DNA of 20,000 nt from an uncultured virus (IMG/VR IMGVR_UViG_3300028805_000115) (taxonomy: Duplodnaviria > Heunggongvirae > Uroviricota > Caudoviricetes). Within the stretch, counting starts at the first letter, position 1. Each line of letters starts with the position of its first letter. The notes under the pieces are model-generated. The model ran no database searches. It saw only the letters and a list, made by a program, of their open reading frames with translations, and was not told the origin of the DNA. Both the position numbers and the translations under genes were made by a program. Shown one piece after another: positions 1-8,494 of the stretch. The stretch lies in IMG/VR virus record IMGVR_UViG_3300028805_000115. The stretch is one strand, 5' to 3'.

Positions 1-61
1 CAACACTCTGGTCAAATTCCCAATTAGCTTTTGGAACAACTTTATCTATCTCGTTTTTCAT
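1..61 (-). CDS. 5' end of a gene running off the window; possible CmoA-like (carboxy-SAM synthase-type) SAM-dependent methyltransferase
   Basis: ATG at 61 overlaps the polymerase stop (ATGA coupling). Translates MKNEIDKVVPKANWEFDQSV..., resembling the N-terminal W-x-FD-x-x-V motif of CmoA-family proteins. Only 20 codons are visible. Confidence 0.45.
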   Translation of the reverse strand, partial: MKNEIDKVVPKANWEFDQSV

Positions 62-2373
62 ATCTCAATCGCCTTTCCGTACCACTCTTTTGTTATCTCG
101 ACATCACACTTGATTGGCATCTTTAAGATTTCCTCAGCGGCCTCTGACATCGTTTTTGCCAACAGCTCGGAACATTCTTTGATGTTTTCCTCAGGACACT
201 CTGCTATGACCTCATCATGCACGGGTATAAGCAATCTGAATCCAAGCTCTTTCAGTCTCTCGCTTTTACTCAGCTTTATCATTGCCAGCTTTGTCAAATC
301 TGCGGCACTGCCTTGTATTCTCGAATTTACGACCTGTCGTGTAGCATCAGCAATCTTACCACCGTTGTCGATTATCAGAATCCCCTTTTCTTGCGCTTCT
401 TTTTTGATTTTAAGCTTATCCTTAAACCATGCTCGTTTAAGGCGCTTTCTGAGCGAATCTTGCACTTTAGCGGGCACTTCCTGAGTTATCTGAACCGGCT
501 TTCCGTTCTCATCAAACGGTAAATCGCTGTTGAAGTCTAAAACGTCATCATCCACAGGAACACCATTGATATATTTAAACTCATATTCCTCAAGCTGAAG
601 CTCTGGCAATCTGCGCTTTCTTCCACAAACTGTTGTGACATAACCTAAATCATATGCCATATCAAGTGAATCTTGCTCGAACTTCTCGATTGCGGGAAAT
701 CCTCTGAATACGCTTTCTTTTATTGCTTTTGCTTTTGCTTCAGTACATCCTAATTGCTCCGCTATACTTGCTTCACCTCTACCGTACAAAACTCCCAACA
801 GAATGCTCTTTGCCTGCGTTCTACGCTCCTTGCCTTCTTTGTTTTTGCTCCCGTCTGCATTAAACTCTCTGCACTCATCATAAGGCTTGTTAAAAGCTTT
901 GGAAGCAATCTCAGAATACAAATCCTTACCCGCCATGAATGTGTTATACATCTGTGGGTCTCCTGCTTCTTTACAAAGTGCGGCAAGACATTTGGGTTCC
1001 TGCTGTGAGAAGTCACTACTCATCAGCAAGTATCCGGGTGATGCTGTAAACATCTTTCTGATGTCTTTATTATGACTCGGTATGTTCTGAAGATTTGGCT
1101 CACTGCTTGACATTCGTCCCGTCTTTGCCCCGTATTGATTAAACTTGCAATGTATCTTCCCATCATCGGGATTGACACACTCAGGAAGCTTATCTATGAA
1201 CGTGGAAACAAGTGTTGCCAAGCTTCTATGCTCTAATACTGCTTTTGATACATCGTTATTTATCTTTGTAAGCGTCTCCTCATCTGTACTTCTCGGAGAC
1301 TTCTTGTTTACAGGCTCTATGCCCATTATATCGTAAAATAATATCGCAAGCTGTGTGGAACTGCCTATATTGATTGGATTGTCAAGCTTTGCTCCGTTCT
1401 TTCGTGCTTTGTCTATCTCAGCTTTATATGGCTTCAAAGTCTCGTAAAAAGCTTGCACCTTTTCGTCAAGAAGTGCATTATACTTTTCCGACAAACTCTT
1501 GCTATACTCAGTATCAATCAAAACACCAGTATCTTCCATATCTGCTACAACAGGAACACAAGCCATCTCAATATTCTTGAACACCCAATAAAGCTGTCGC
1601 ATATCTTCACGCTCATGGTCAGGTCTCAAATACTGTCTCTGATAATCACAATACTCTGTTGTTATTATCGGGTCGTGTGCGGCATACAGATATCCAACAT
1701 TGTATGGTATCAATGTAAACGGTATGCCTTTAAACAGCTCATCAAATGTGAAGGCATCGCCCTGTCCATTCATTACGTACTTTTGATGCAATGGCTTCAG
1801 CTTGTTTGTAGGCTCGTTTTCGTTAAGAATACGCGCTCCTAAATAAGCATCCCATGTACAGTAGATATCTAGAACACCAAAGTGTCGCATGACTCTGATA
1901 TCAAAGTCGGCATTGAACATATCAATATCTGGCTTTTTCTTCAGTAATCGCTTGAACTCCTCACGCACAAAATCAGCATCAAGCTGTCCAACAGCTTTCT
2001 GTTGCGTGATATAGCTGATATGATTGATTGGAATGTATGCACTCTTTTGACCATATGTGTAAATACATGGTCCTGCAATCTTATTACGCATCGGGTCAAG
2101 ACCATCAGTCTCAGTATCAAGCGAAAAGTATCCATTGCCTATACATTCTGTGATGTAATCATGAAGCACTTCCTTATCTGTGATACATAAATACTCATCA
2201 CGATACTTTCCAAGATTCTTTTCGACCATCTGCTTAATCTGTTCAATTCTACCGATTAAACTGGTCCCGCCCTTTAATGACGGGACCACTTGTTTTGCTG
2301 TAGCTGTCTTGCCTGCGATTGACTTATCTAAAGCTCTGTTTGTCTTTGTCTTAGGCAACGTAAACAACGGCAT
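58..2373 (-). CDS. polA: Family A DNA polymerase with 3'-5' exonuclease domain and no 5'-3' exonuclease
   Basis: Exo motifs LDTET, FNADFD, YAAHD; TGRMSSSEPNLQNIP; motif A SSDFSQQEPK; motif B RTQAKSILLGVLYG; NSRIQGSAAD; motif C LLIPVHDEV. Confidence 0.97.
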   Translation of the reverse strand: MPLFTLPKTKTNRALDKSIAGKTATAKQVVPSLKGGTSLIGRIEQIKQMVEKNLGKYRDEYLCITDKEVLHDYITECIGNGYFSLDTETDGLDPMRNKIAGPCIYTYGQKSAYIPINHISYITQQKAVGQLDADFVREEFKRLLKKKPDIDMFNADFDIRVMRHFGVLDIYCTWDAYLGARILNENEPTNKLKPLHQKYVMNGQGDAFTFDELFKGIPFTLIPYNVGYLYAAHDPIITTEYCDYQRQYLRPDHEREDMRQLYWVFKNIEMACVPVVADMEDTGVLIDTEYSKSLSEKYNALLDEKVQAFYETLKPYKAEIDKARKNGAKLDNPINIGSSTQLAILFYDIMGIEPVNKKSPRSTDEETLTKINNDVSKAVLEHRSLATLVSTFIDKLPECVNPDDGKIHCKFNQYGAKTGRMSSSEPNLQNIPSHNKDIRKMFTASPGYLLMSSDFSQQEPKCLAALCKEAGDPQMYNTFMAGKDLYSEIASKAFNKPYDECREFNADGSKNKEGKERRTQAKSILLGVLYGRGEASIAEQLGCTEAKAKAIKESVFRGFPAIEKFEQDSLDMAYDLGYVTTVCGRKRRLPELQLEEYEFKYINGVPVDDDVLDFNSDLPFDENGKPVQITQEVPAKVQDSLRKRLKRAWFKDKLKIKKEAQEKGILIIDNGGKIADATRQVVNSRIQGSAADLTKLAMIKLSKSERLKELGFRLLIPVHDEVIAECPEENIKECSELLAKTMSEAAEEILKMPIKCDVEITKEWYGKAIEI

Positions 2374-3137
2374 TATTTATCTCCTCTTCTCTGCGGTGTA
2401 CGTCTCTCAGAACGTGCGGAACTACGTCTTGCGGGCTTCTCATCTTCTTCCTCATCGTCTGCATCATCTTCCGCATCTTCTTCCTCATCGCGTCTGCTTG
2501 AACGTCTGCGCGTTGTTGCTTCTTCTCTGCTTGAACGTCTGCGCGGTCTTTCTTCTTCCCCATCATCTTCAGGCGGGAACTCTTTTTCCTCAAGATAATA
2601 CTCCATGTCATCAGCTGACTTCTCAAGAACAAGACCACCAAGAAGCTTCGGCATATCGTCCTCAAAATCTTCAAGCTGTGTATCATCTTTCTCGACCTCA
2701 TAAATCTCATAGGTCGTGTTTGTGTCTTTGGGCTTTCCGTTTCTCTCGACTTCAAAAATGTGCTGTACAAGATTATCCTTGTTTGCGTATCTGCTACACA
2801 AACTGGACATCTTCTCGAACATCTTCTTACCTCTGTCCCACACCTGTACTTGGTCCTCATCTACATTGTAGACAGGAATTAAAAGCTTGACCTGTGTTTT
2901 TATCTTTTCACGACAGAACGGACACATATCAACAGGGTCTCTGTAAGTACGTAAACAGTTTACGTATCTCTTCTTATCGTCAATATCTACCTCATGAACG
3001 CTGAAGCCCTCAATGTCGTTCTCGTTGTTGTAAAGAAATCTGACTCGCTTTACTCCCTTGTTTTCTGAAATACTGAAGAAGCCCCCGCCTCCCTGTCCGC
3101 CATAATTGGCGGACTCACTCGCATTAAATCGTGCCAT
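2373..3137 (-). CDS. Single-stranded DNA-binding protein, gp32-like, with acidic/Arg-Ser-rich tail
   Basis: RVRFL...H...YVNC...CPFC putative Zn ligands, WDRG, R-x-G...T-T-Y pattern; highly acidic C-terminus; RBS AAGGAGG; adjacent to polA. Confidence 0.75.
   Translation of the reverse strand: MARFNASESANYGGQGGGGFFSISENKGVKRVRFLYNNENDIEGFSVHEVDIDDKKRYVNCLRTYRDPVDMCPFCREKIKTQVKLLIPVYNVDEDQVQVWDRGKKMFEKMSSLCSRYANKDNLVQHIFEVERNGKPKDTNTTYEIYEVEKDDTQLEDFEDDMPKLLGGLVLEKSADDMEYYLEEKEFPPEDDGEEERPRRRSSREEATTRRRSSRRDEEEDAEDDADDEEEDEKPARRSSARSERRTPQRRGDK
2493..2545. repeat. 20-bp direct repeat (TCTGCTTGAACGTCTGCGCG x2, 33-bp period) encoding RRRSSR twice in the SSB tail
   Basis: Identical copies at 2493-2512 and 2526-2545. 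Confidence 0.9.
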
Positions 3138-3152
3138 AAGTTTTTCCTCCTT

Positions 3153-3800
3153 TTAGTTTTTTGCAAGATTTACGACTGCTTTAACATTGCTATACTCAAT
3201 AGTAGCTGTCTTGTTGTACTTTGACTTTGAATACTTATTATCAACAGCTACATCAGCAATCTGTGAATAACTCGCGCTACTCTCGCGAATGTAAACTCTG
3301 ATATTCGACTTGTTTGTTAAGATGTAAGCGAAACACTTGTTGTCCTTATCTATAAGTCGAATACGCTTTCCAACTATCTTGTACTTAGCTTTTGCTTTAT
3401 CAAGCTCATCAGACACAAAACCCTGACCAAGCTCACGACTTGCAACTGCGCTGATTTTCTTCTGCTTCTTCTCTTTGACAATCTCAACCTTATCAGCATC
3501 AACTAACGAACACTCAGTTTCAGACTCTTTCTTTGCTTTCTGCTTCTTCTCAGCTTTTCTCTTATCCTGAATCTTCTTGACTTCCTTATCAACATCTGCA
3601 AGCTTCTCAGCTCCGGGCATAGGAACAAGCTTTGACTCATCAACCTTAATCTCATCTGCCTGCTTCTTCTCAGCTTCAAGAATCTTTGCTACTGCTTTTG
3701 CCTTTGCGCCTTTCTTATCAATCTTGATACCAAGCTTATTAGCAACCTCAACTAAGCAACCCATTGTCATCGAATAAAGCTTTTCTTCACGTGTCATCAT
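3153..3800 (-). CDS. Lys-rich hypothetical protein, possibly nucleic-acid binding
   Basis: 215-aa ORF with RBS AAGGAGG and its own consensus promoter; helical N-terminus, charged linker, beta-rich C-terminal domain. Confidence 0.8.
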   Translation of the reverse strand: MMTREEKLYSMTMGCLVEVANKLGIKIDKKGAKAKAVAKILEAEKKQADEIKVDESKLVPMPGAEKLADVDKEVKKIQDKRKAEKKQKAKKESETECSLVDADKVEIVKEKKQKKISAVASRELGQGFVSDELDKAKAKYKIVGKRIRLIDKDNKCFAYILTNKSNIRVYIRESSASYSQIADVAVDNKYSKSKYNKTATIEYSNVKAVVNLAKN

Positions 3801-3870
3801 AACCGTTTCCTCCTTGTGATGTCTTTGATTTTTGTGATTTTGTCAGCGCATCTCTCTCACTGACAAGAAC

Positions 3871-3899
3871 ATTATACTACACGTTTTTCTATCTGTCAA
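3871..3899 (-). promoter_or_regulatory. Sigma-A/70 consensus promoter P1
   Basis: TTGACA (3899-3894), 17 bp, TATAAT (3876-3871); A-tract UP element upstream. Confidence 0.9.
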
Positions 3900-3932
3900 G
3901 CACTTTTTTGAATTTTTTTTTCAAGAATGAGC

Positions 3933-3952
3933 AAGCGGGCTTATGCCCGCTT
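3933..3952 (-). terminator. Hairpin/probable terminator after the 169-aa gene
   Basis: AAGCGGGC-ATAA-GCCCGCTT 8-bp stem directly after the stop; weak U-tract. Confidence 0.55.
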
Positions 3953-3956
3953 TGAT

Positions 3957-4466
3957 TTATCTGTTGCACCAGCGATTAGCTTTCTCAGCAACTTCCTGCA
4001 TCTCATCATCGTTAAGTGGAATCAGCTTTGCTACTGTCTGACAGTGAATGTCAACTCTGCCAACCTTGAAAAGCTGAACATACGCAAACTTTGACTCATC
4101 ACTGAACTGACAAAGACCAACGATATCTTCTGTCTGCACGATGGGAAGATTAGCACTGTTTGCAAGCTCCATCAAATCGCTGTACCCGAATGAACCAGAA
4201 AGACAGCAACCCCAACTCGTAATCTCCCAAACTGAAGTACCATCTGCATTGATTGTCTGTCCGATACTGCATGTCACATCGATGCTACCACGTGATGTCT
4301 GCTTGTTGACTTTGATGATGTCGCGCCAGCTCTTGTATGTGTCGTACTCTTGCTTCTTATCAAGGTCAATCTTGACTGTCTTTATCTTTCCGCTGTTGAA
4401 TGTGTAAGCATAACCCTGTCTGCCACCAATGAAGTTTCCTTTAATCTGAATGTCATTTGTTCTCAT
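3957..4466 (-). CDS. Hypothetical protein (169 aa, start MRTNDIQ)
   Basis: ORF with RBS GAGGAG before the ATG at 4466; own promoter and downstream hairpin. Confidence 0.8.
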   Translation of the reverse strand: MRTNDIQIKGNFIGGRQGYAYTFNSGKIKTVKIDLDKKQEYDTYKSWRDIIKVNKQTSRGSIDVTCSIGQTINADGTSVWEITSWGCCLSGSFGYSDLMELANSANLPIVQTEDIVGLCQFSDESKFAYVQLFKVGRVDIHCQTVAKLIPLNDDEMQEVAEKANRWCNR

Positions 4467-4525
4467 AAGCGTTTCTCCTCTCAAGTCTTGTGATTTTTTC
4501 GACTGTCATCTCAACTGACAAGAAC

Positions 4526-4554
4526 ATTATATAACACGTTTTTAAATTTGTCAA
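4526..4554 (-). promoter_or_regulatory. Sigma-A/70 consensus promoter P2
   Basis: TTGACA (4554-4549), 17 bp, TATAAT (4531-4526); A/T-tract UP element. Confidence 0.9.
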
Positions 4555-4573
4555 CTACTTTTTTAAAAATTTT

Positions 4574-4771
4574 TTAAATTTTTTTCTTGAGACCTAAAAA
4601 GTAGTCTCTTGACATAGCTCCAATATCTTTGAAAGTCTTGATATTCCAACGATATTCAGTGATTATCTTGTTATCTACCTCTTCTCGTATTCGTTCTCTC
4701 GCCTTTAGTCCTGCTTTGTCCATATCTGTAGCAAGTATTAATTCTCTGCATGGAAGTTCTCTCAGCTGTTC
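4574..4771 (-). pseudogene. Displaced 3' fragment of a DNA primase gene (TOPRIM C-terminal part)
   Basis: EQLRELPCRELILATDMDKAGLKARERIREEVDNKIITE...KDIGAMSRDYFLGL aligns with the primase C-terminus AQIKKLPCRKVILATDKDDAGKKARIRLREELSNKIVTE...KDMNDMTREEFYAL; no RBS. Confidence 0.85.
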
Positions 4772-5573
4772 TACCCTTATGATAACCTTCTGGAACATCT
4801 TCTGTAGTTCTCAAACGTATATTATTCGTTCCATTTGTCACCCACATCCAAATACCTCGTTCTCCCTTATTATAAGGCTCTTTTCCCTTCATTGGGTTTT
4901 GCCAACCACTTGCATATCTTTCTCTTAACAGTTGTGATTTTAAGTTTCTTGTTTCTTCTGATTGCTTTGTACCTACTAATTTTTGCCTTATCTTTTCTTT
5001 TGTTTCTTCTGTATGACAACCTGTAAAACCAGAACTTCCTTTCTTAAACATTCCACCATTTCTAAAATCAGGATGTTCTCTATGAAATTTTTTCTTTGCT
5101 TCACTTCTTGTTTTATCTCGTTCTGGTGTATGTAAATATCCTTCAATAAAACCGCTGTCTAAATACTTTTGTAATTCAAATTGTTTCACATATTTTTCGA
5201 TTTCGCCATTATTTATAACAGTGCGTCCAGACATAGACACTTTCATTTTCTCCCGTCTATGTTCTTTTTCAGCATCAGTTAATCCAGAAAATGTATCTCC
5301 ACCGTCTCCGCCTTTAGAGATATTATATCCAACAAACATATTATCACTATGATGTACATGAATATAAATCTTCTCATATCTATTTATGTCTGAACGAGTT
5401 TCACACCACTTTAATAATTCTGTCTTAAAATTATCAATTCCGTATTTTTCAAATGCTCTACGAATTAACTTACCACTACCGTGATATTCTTTATCAAACA
5501 CTTGTGACTTATGCTGACCAATATAAATCTTTCCATTTACTAAATTAGTTGTTTTATAAATATATCCATACAT
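4671..5573 (-). CDS. GIY-YIG homing endonuclease with NUMOD-type DNA-binding repeats
   Basis: MYGYIYKTTNLVNGKIYIGQH, YHGSG, GYNISKGGDGG; HTEETKEKIR and QSEETR NUMOD3-like repeats; WVTNG...PEGYHKGR modules. The last ~30 codons run out of frame through the primase remnant. Confidence 0.93.
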   Translation of the reverse strand: MYGYIYKTTNLVNGKIYIGQHKSQVFDKEYHGSGKLIRRAFEKYGIDNFKTELLKWCETRSDINRYEKIYIHVHHSDNMFVGYNISKGGDGGDTFSGLTDAEKEHRREKMKVSMSGRTVINNGEIEKYVKQFELQKYLDSGFIEGYLHTPERDKTRSEAKKKFHREHPDFRNGGMFKKGSSGFTGCHTEETKEKIRQKLVGTKQSEETRNLKSQLLRERYASGWQNPMKGKEPYNKGERGIWMWVTNGTNNIRLRTTEDVPEGYHKGRTAERTSMQRINTCYRYGQSRTKGERTNTRRGR

Positions 5574-5574
5574 A

Positions 5575-6534
5575 CTACAAAACTTCTCCTAACGCATAAA
5601 ATTCTTCTCTTGTCATATCGTTCATATCTTTAGCATGGTCTGGGTATGTTCTATAGTCTAATTCAGTAACAATTTTATTGCTCAACTCCTCTCTTAATCG
5701 TATTCTTGCTTTTTTACCAGCATCATCTTTATCAGTTGCAAGTATAACTTTTCGACACGGAAGTTTCTTTATTTGTGCAATAGATAATTCATTACCCAAA
5801 CCATTTAATGCTACTGCATATTTATTATAGCACCAAATAGTTAAAGCGTCAATCATACTTTCACAAATATAAATTTCATCTGGAAATTTTTCTAACTGAT
5901 ATAGCTCAAATATGCCATAAAGCGGTTTTTCTACTCCTTCGGGATAGTGATATCTCTTTGTCTTAACGGCTCGTGTAGCAACAAAAAGGGTGTTGCCAGA
6001 AATATCACGGACAGGGAAAGTAATACAATCACTGCTTTTATCATAGCCAATATCAAAAGTCTCAATAATCTCATCGTCCAGACCACGCTCATACATATAA
6101 GGGTGAGTATAGCGATATTTGTCCAATACATCTTCAGACACATACTCCTTTCTTTTGTGCTTTCTGCTTCTTGACATATCAAGCGGTATATCATTTCTAC
6201 TTTCTGTCTCAAGATGTGAAAAGTTCTTGAGCAACCACTTGTTTCCAAACTTGCCTAATATGTCATCATCTTTACCAAAACAGAATGAAATCACTTCTGG
6301 CAAGCTGTGAATCTCGCCACATGCGAAACAATGAAACTTTCCATCGTCTTTTCTCAGTCCTGCGGAAGGCTTCTTCTCTTGCCCTCCGCTATGATATGGA
6401 CATTGAACCATGATGTGTGTCTGTAGATTGTTACGCTTTTGTAAAAGCTGTATTCCATTGGCTTGTAGCTGAATAGCCAGCTCATCAAGAATATCTGACA
6501 GCTCGACATTGTAATAGGTCTCGCCTATCTTCAT
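5575..6534 (-). CDS. dnaG: DNA primase (CHC2 zinc finger + TOPRIM)
   Basis: CPYH...CFAC zinc finger; ICESMIDAL and ATDKDDAG TOPRIM motifs; KDMND. Confidence 0.93.
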   Translation of the reverse strand: MKIGETYYNVELSDILDELAIQLQANGIQLLQKRNNLQTHIMVQCPYHSGGQEKKPSAGLRKDDGKFHCFACGEIHSLPEVISFCFGKDDDILGKFGNKWLLKNFSHLETESRNDIPLDMSRSRKHKRKEYVSEDVLDKYRYTHPYMYERGLDDEIIETFDIGYDKSSDCITFPVRDISGNTLFVATRAVKTKRYHYPEGVEKPLYGIFELYQLEKFPDEIYICESMIDALTIWCYNKYAVALNGLGNELSIAQIKKLPCRKVILATDKDDAGKKARIRLREELSNKIVTELDYRTYPDHAKDMNDMTREEFYALGEVL

Positions 6535-7835
6535 CAGAATACGTCCTCCTTAGCATCTGACTTTTTAGTATTGCGCTTTCTTTCTTCACGCGGTTTACTA
6601 TCTCGCGCTACAGCATCATCAACAGTAGGTAGATACGTGAATGTTCCTGTGTCGATATCCCAATTATATGCTACCTCTCCACCAACTGTTCCGTATCGAT
6701 TCTTCTTGACTCCTATCTTTAGCACATTATCCTTTGTCTGTCTGATTGACAGAACTTTTGTAGCATTCATGGCTATACCATCACTGTCTCTGATGCTCTC
6801 AAGCTCAGGTACTCCCTCTTTGTCAGCATCTATAACTCCATTTCTGTTCGCCTGAACTACTACCATGACAGGAATCTCAAGTTCTACACTCAGCGCGATT
6901 AAATCCTCACTTATGTTTGTAAGCATCGTGGTTTTTGAATCTCCACGCTTATATCGCTCATCTGAAAGATACGTAATACCATCAATCGCGATACAATCAA
7001 GCTTGTACTTCTTAACCCAATTCTTTAACTTGGTCACTGTTATCTGTCGCTGAAAATCTGCTGGCGTAGCCACTATGAATTTATTATCACGCTCTGCGAC
7101 TTCCTCGATATATGCTTTATAGTCTGCATCATCAACGCCATCTTTTGACCACATCAAGCCTGTATTTGAATAATTCTTATACAGCGTATCAAAACGATAA
7201 CCTACACTGCTTGCTGACATCTCTGGTGATACATACCCAACATTGTAACCAATCTCCCATATGTGTGTGCATATCTTCTCAAGCACAAAGCTCTTGCCCA
7301 TGTTTGTACGTGCTACGATGACGATAAATTCCTCTTTACGCTGTATGCAATGAATCAGACCATCAAGCTCCTCAAAACCACATGTAAAGAACCAATCGTT
7401 CTGATGTGTCTTTCTCTCTTGATACTGCTTATATCTGTTTACAGCATCTTTGATGATGTCAATTCCACCAACATCATATTCAGGCTGTAAATGTCGCATC
7501 TCGTTTATAAGATATTCAGCGGCCACGTTTGAATCTGTCTTTAAAAGCTCTGCGGCCTTTGTAATAACGGGAACTGACCTGAAGTAAAGATATTCTTCTC
7601 GAATCTTCTCTACCAGATATCTGTCGCTTTCAGTGACTTCTACAAGCTCTACATCTGAAAACTCGTTAAGGAATGTAGCTTTGTCAGGCACATTTCCATA
7701 CTTCTCGTAATGCTCTAATATATAATCAATTTCCTCTTTGTATTCAGGAAAATAGTCAGCTGTGATGTTATTGTCTTGCATGATGGCAAGACTTCCTGTA
7801 CTCAGCACTTTTGATATAATCTGCAAATCAACCAT
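6534..7835 (-). CDS. dnaB: DnaB-like replicative helicase
   Basis: Walker A ARTNMGKS, SPEM, AIDGITY, VVQANR, KNRYG. Confidence 0.93.
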   Translation of the reverse strand: MVDLQIISKVLSTGSLAIMQDNNITADYFPEYKEEIDYILEHYEKYGNVPDKATFLNEFSDVELVEVTESDRYLVEKIREEYLYFRSVPVITKAAELLKTDSNVAAEYLINEMRHLQPEYDVGGIDIIKDAVNRYKQYQERKTHQNDWFFTCGFEELDGLIHCIQRKEEFIVIVARTNMGKSFVLEKICTHIWEIGYNVGYVSPEMSASSVGYRFDTLYKNYSNTGLMWSKDGVDDADYKAYIEEVAERDNKFIVATPADFQRQITVTKLKNWVKKYKLDCIAIDGITYLSDERYKRGDSKTTMLTNISEDLIALSVELEIPVMVVVQANRNGVIDADKEGVPELESIRDSDGIAMNATKVLSIRQTKDNVLKIGVKKNRYGTVGGEVAYNWDIDTGTFTYLPTVDDAVARDSKPREERKRNTKKSDAKEDVF

Positions 7836-8494
7836 TATCTCATGTCTCCGCCTTTCAGTGTTATTATCTCACTTGCCCCATATATTCTGCTTGTTAATCT
7901 CTCGCCTAAAATCTTCTCAAGCTCGCTTTCAGTCATTATGTTTGAAGTAAATATATTTGACTTGCCTGCCAATATCCTGTTGTTTATTGCTGTGAAAAGC
8001 TGTGTATAATCGTACTGTGATATTCCTGTAATTGCTACATCATCCCACACAACAAGCGGAACATTCTCAAGATTATCCTTATACTCTTTTGATAATGGAC
8101 TGTTAAAGTCTTTCAGCTTTATCAAGTAATCTGAAACAGAGACAAACATTCCTTGTAATCGCTCATAGTTTCCAGCTGACCTTTTGTGAAAGTATGTATG
8201 AAGCATTCTTACAGCCCAACTTGTTTTACCGTTTCCAGCTCTTCCACAGATATACAGATTATTTCCGTCAGACACAAACTTTTCAATATCTGCTTTAATA
8301 GCTTTTAAACGCACGTAAGCGGGTCTATCTACGCGATTTACATCGTTGATATACATCTCTATAGGCTGACGCAATTTAACCGGCAATCCGCTGTTTTCCA
8401 TTTGCCAGCGCATCTCTAAAAATGTCCGACACATAAAACATCTGTCTGTACAAACATCTTTATACCAGCACTCAGAATTTCTCTGATTTTCCAT
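7835..8494 (-). CDS. DnaC/DnaI/IstB-like AAA+ helicase loader
   Basis: N-terminal Cys cluster; Walker A GRAGNGKT; Walker B VVWDD; IFTSN; RLTSRI; G-D-R end; lies between initiator and helicase. Confidence 0.9.
   Translation of the reverse strand: MENQRNSECWYKDVCTDRCFMCRTFLEMRWQMENSGLPVKLRQPIEMYINDVNRVDRPAYVRLKAIKADIEKFVSDGNNLYICGRAGNGKTSWAVRMLHTYFHKRSAGNYERLQGMFVSVSDYLIKLKDFNSPLSKEYKDNLENVPLVVWDDVAITGISQYDYTQLFTAINNRILAGKSNIFTSNIMTESELEKILGERLTSRIYGASEIITLKGGDMR

Noticed and set aside
345..600. Intein in PolA
   Set aside because: No N-terminal Cys/Ser block or C-terminal His-Asn followed by Cys/Ser/Thr, and too short
2180..2890. 236-aa plus-strand ORF and 169-aa alternative-frame ORF (2351-2860)
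   Set aside because: Shadows of the low-complexity SSB tail and polA; no RBS or recognisable motifs. The same applies to the other plus-strand ORFs in the track.
4574..4798. 74-aa ORF as an independent gene
   Set aside because: No RBS; its first 9 codons are an alternative frame of the endonuclease; better explained as a displaced primase end
4772..5778. Group I intron carrying the GIY-YIG gene
   Set aside because: The interval is fully occupied by the primase C-terminus and the endonuclease ORF (1-nt gap), leaving no room for a ribozyme core, and the primase is complete without splicing
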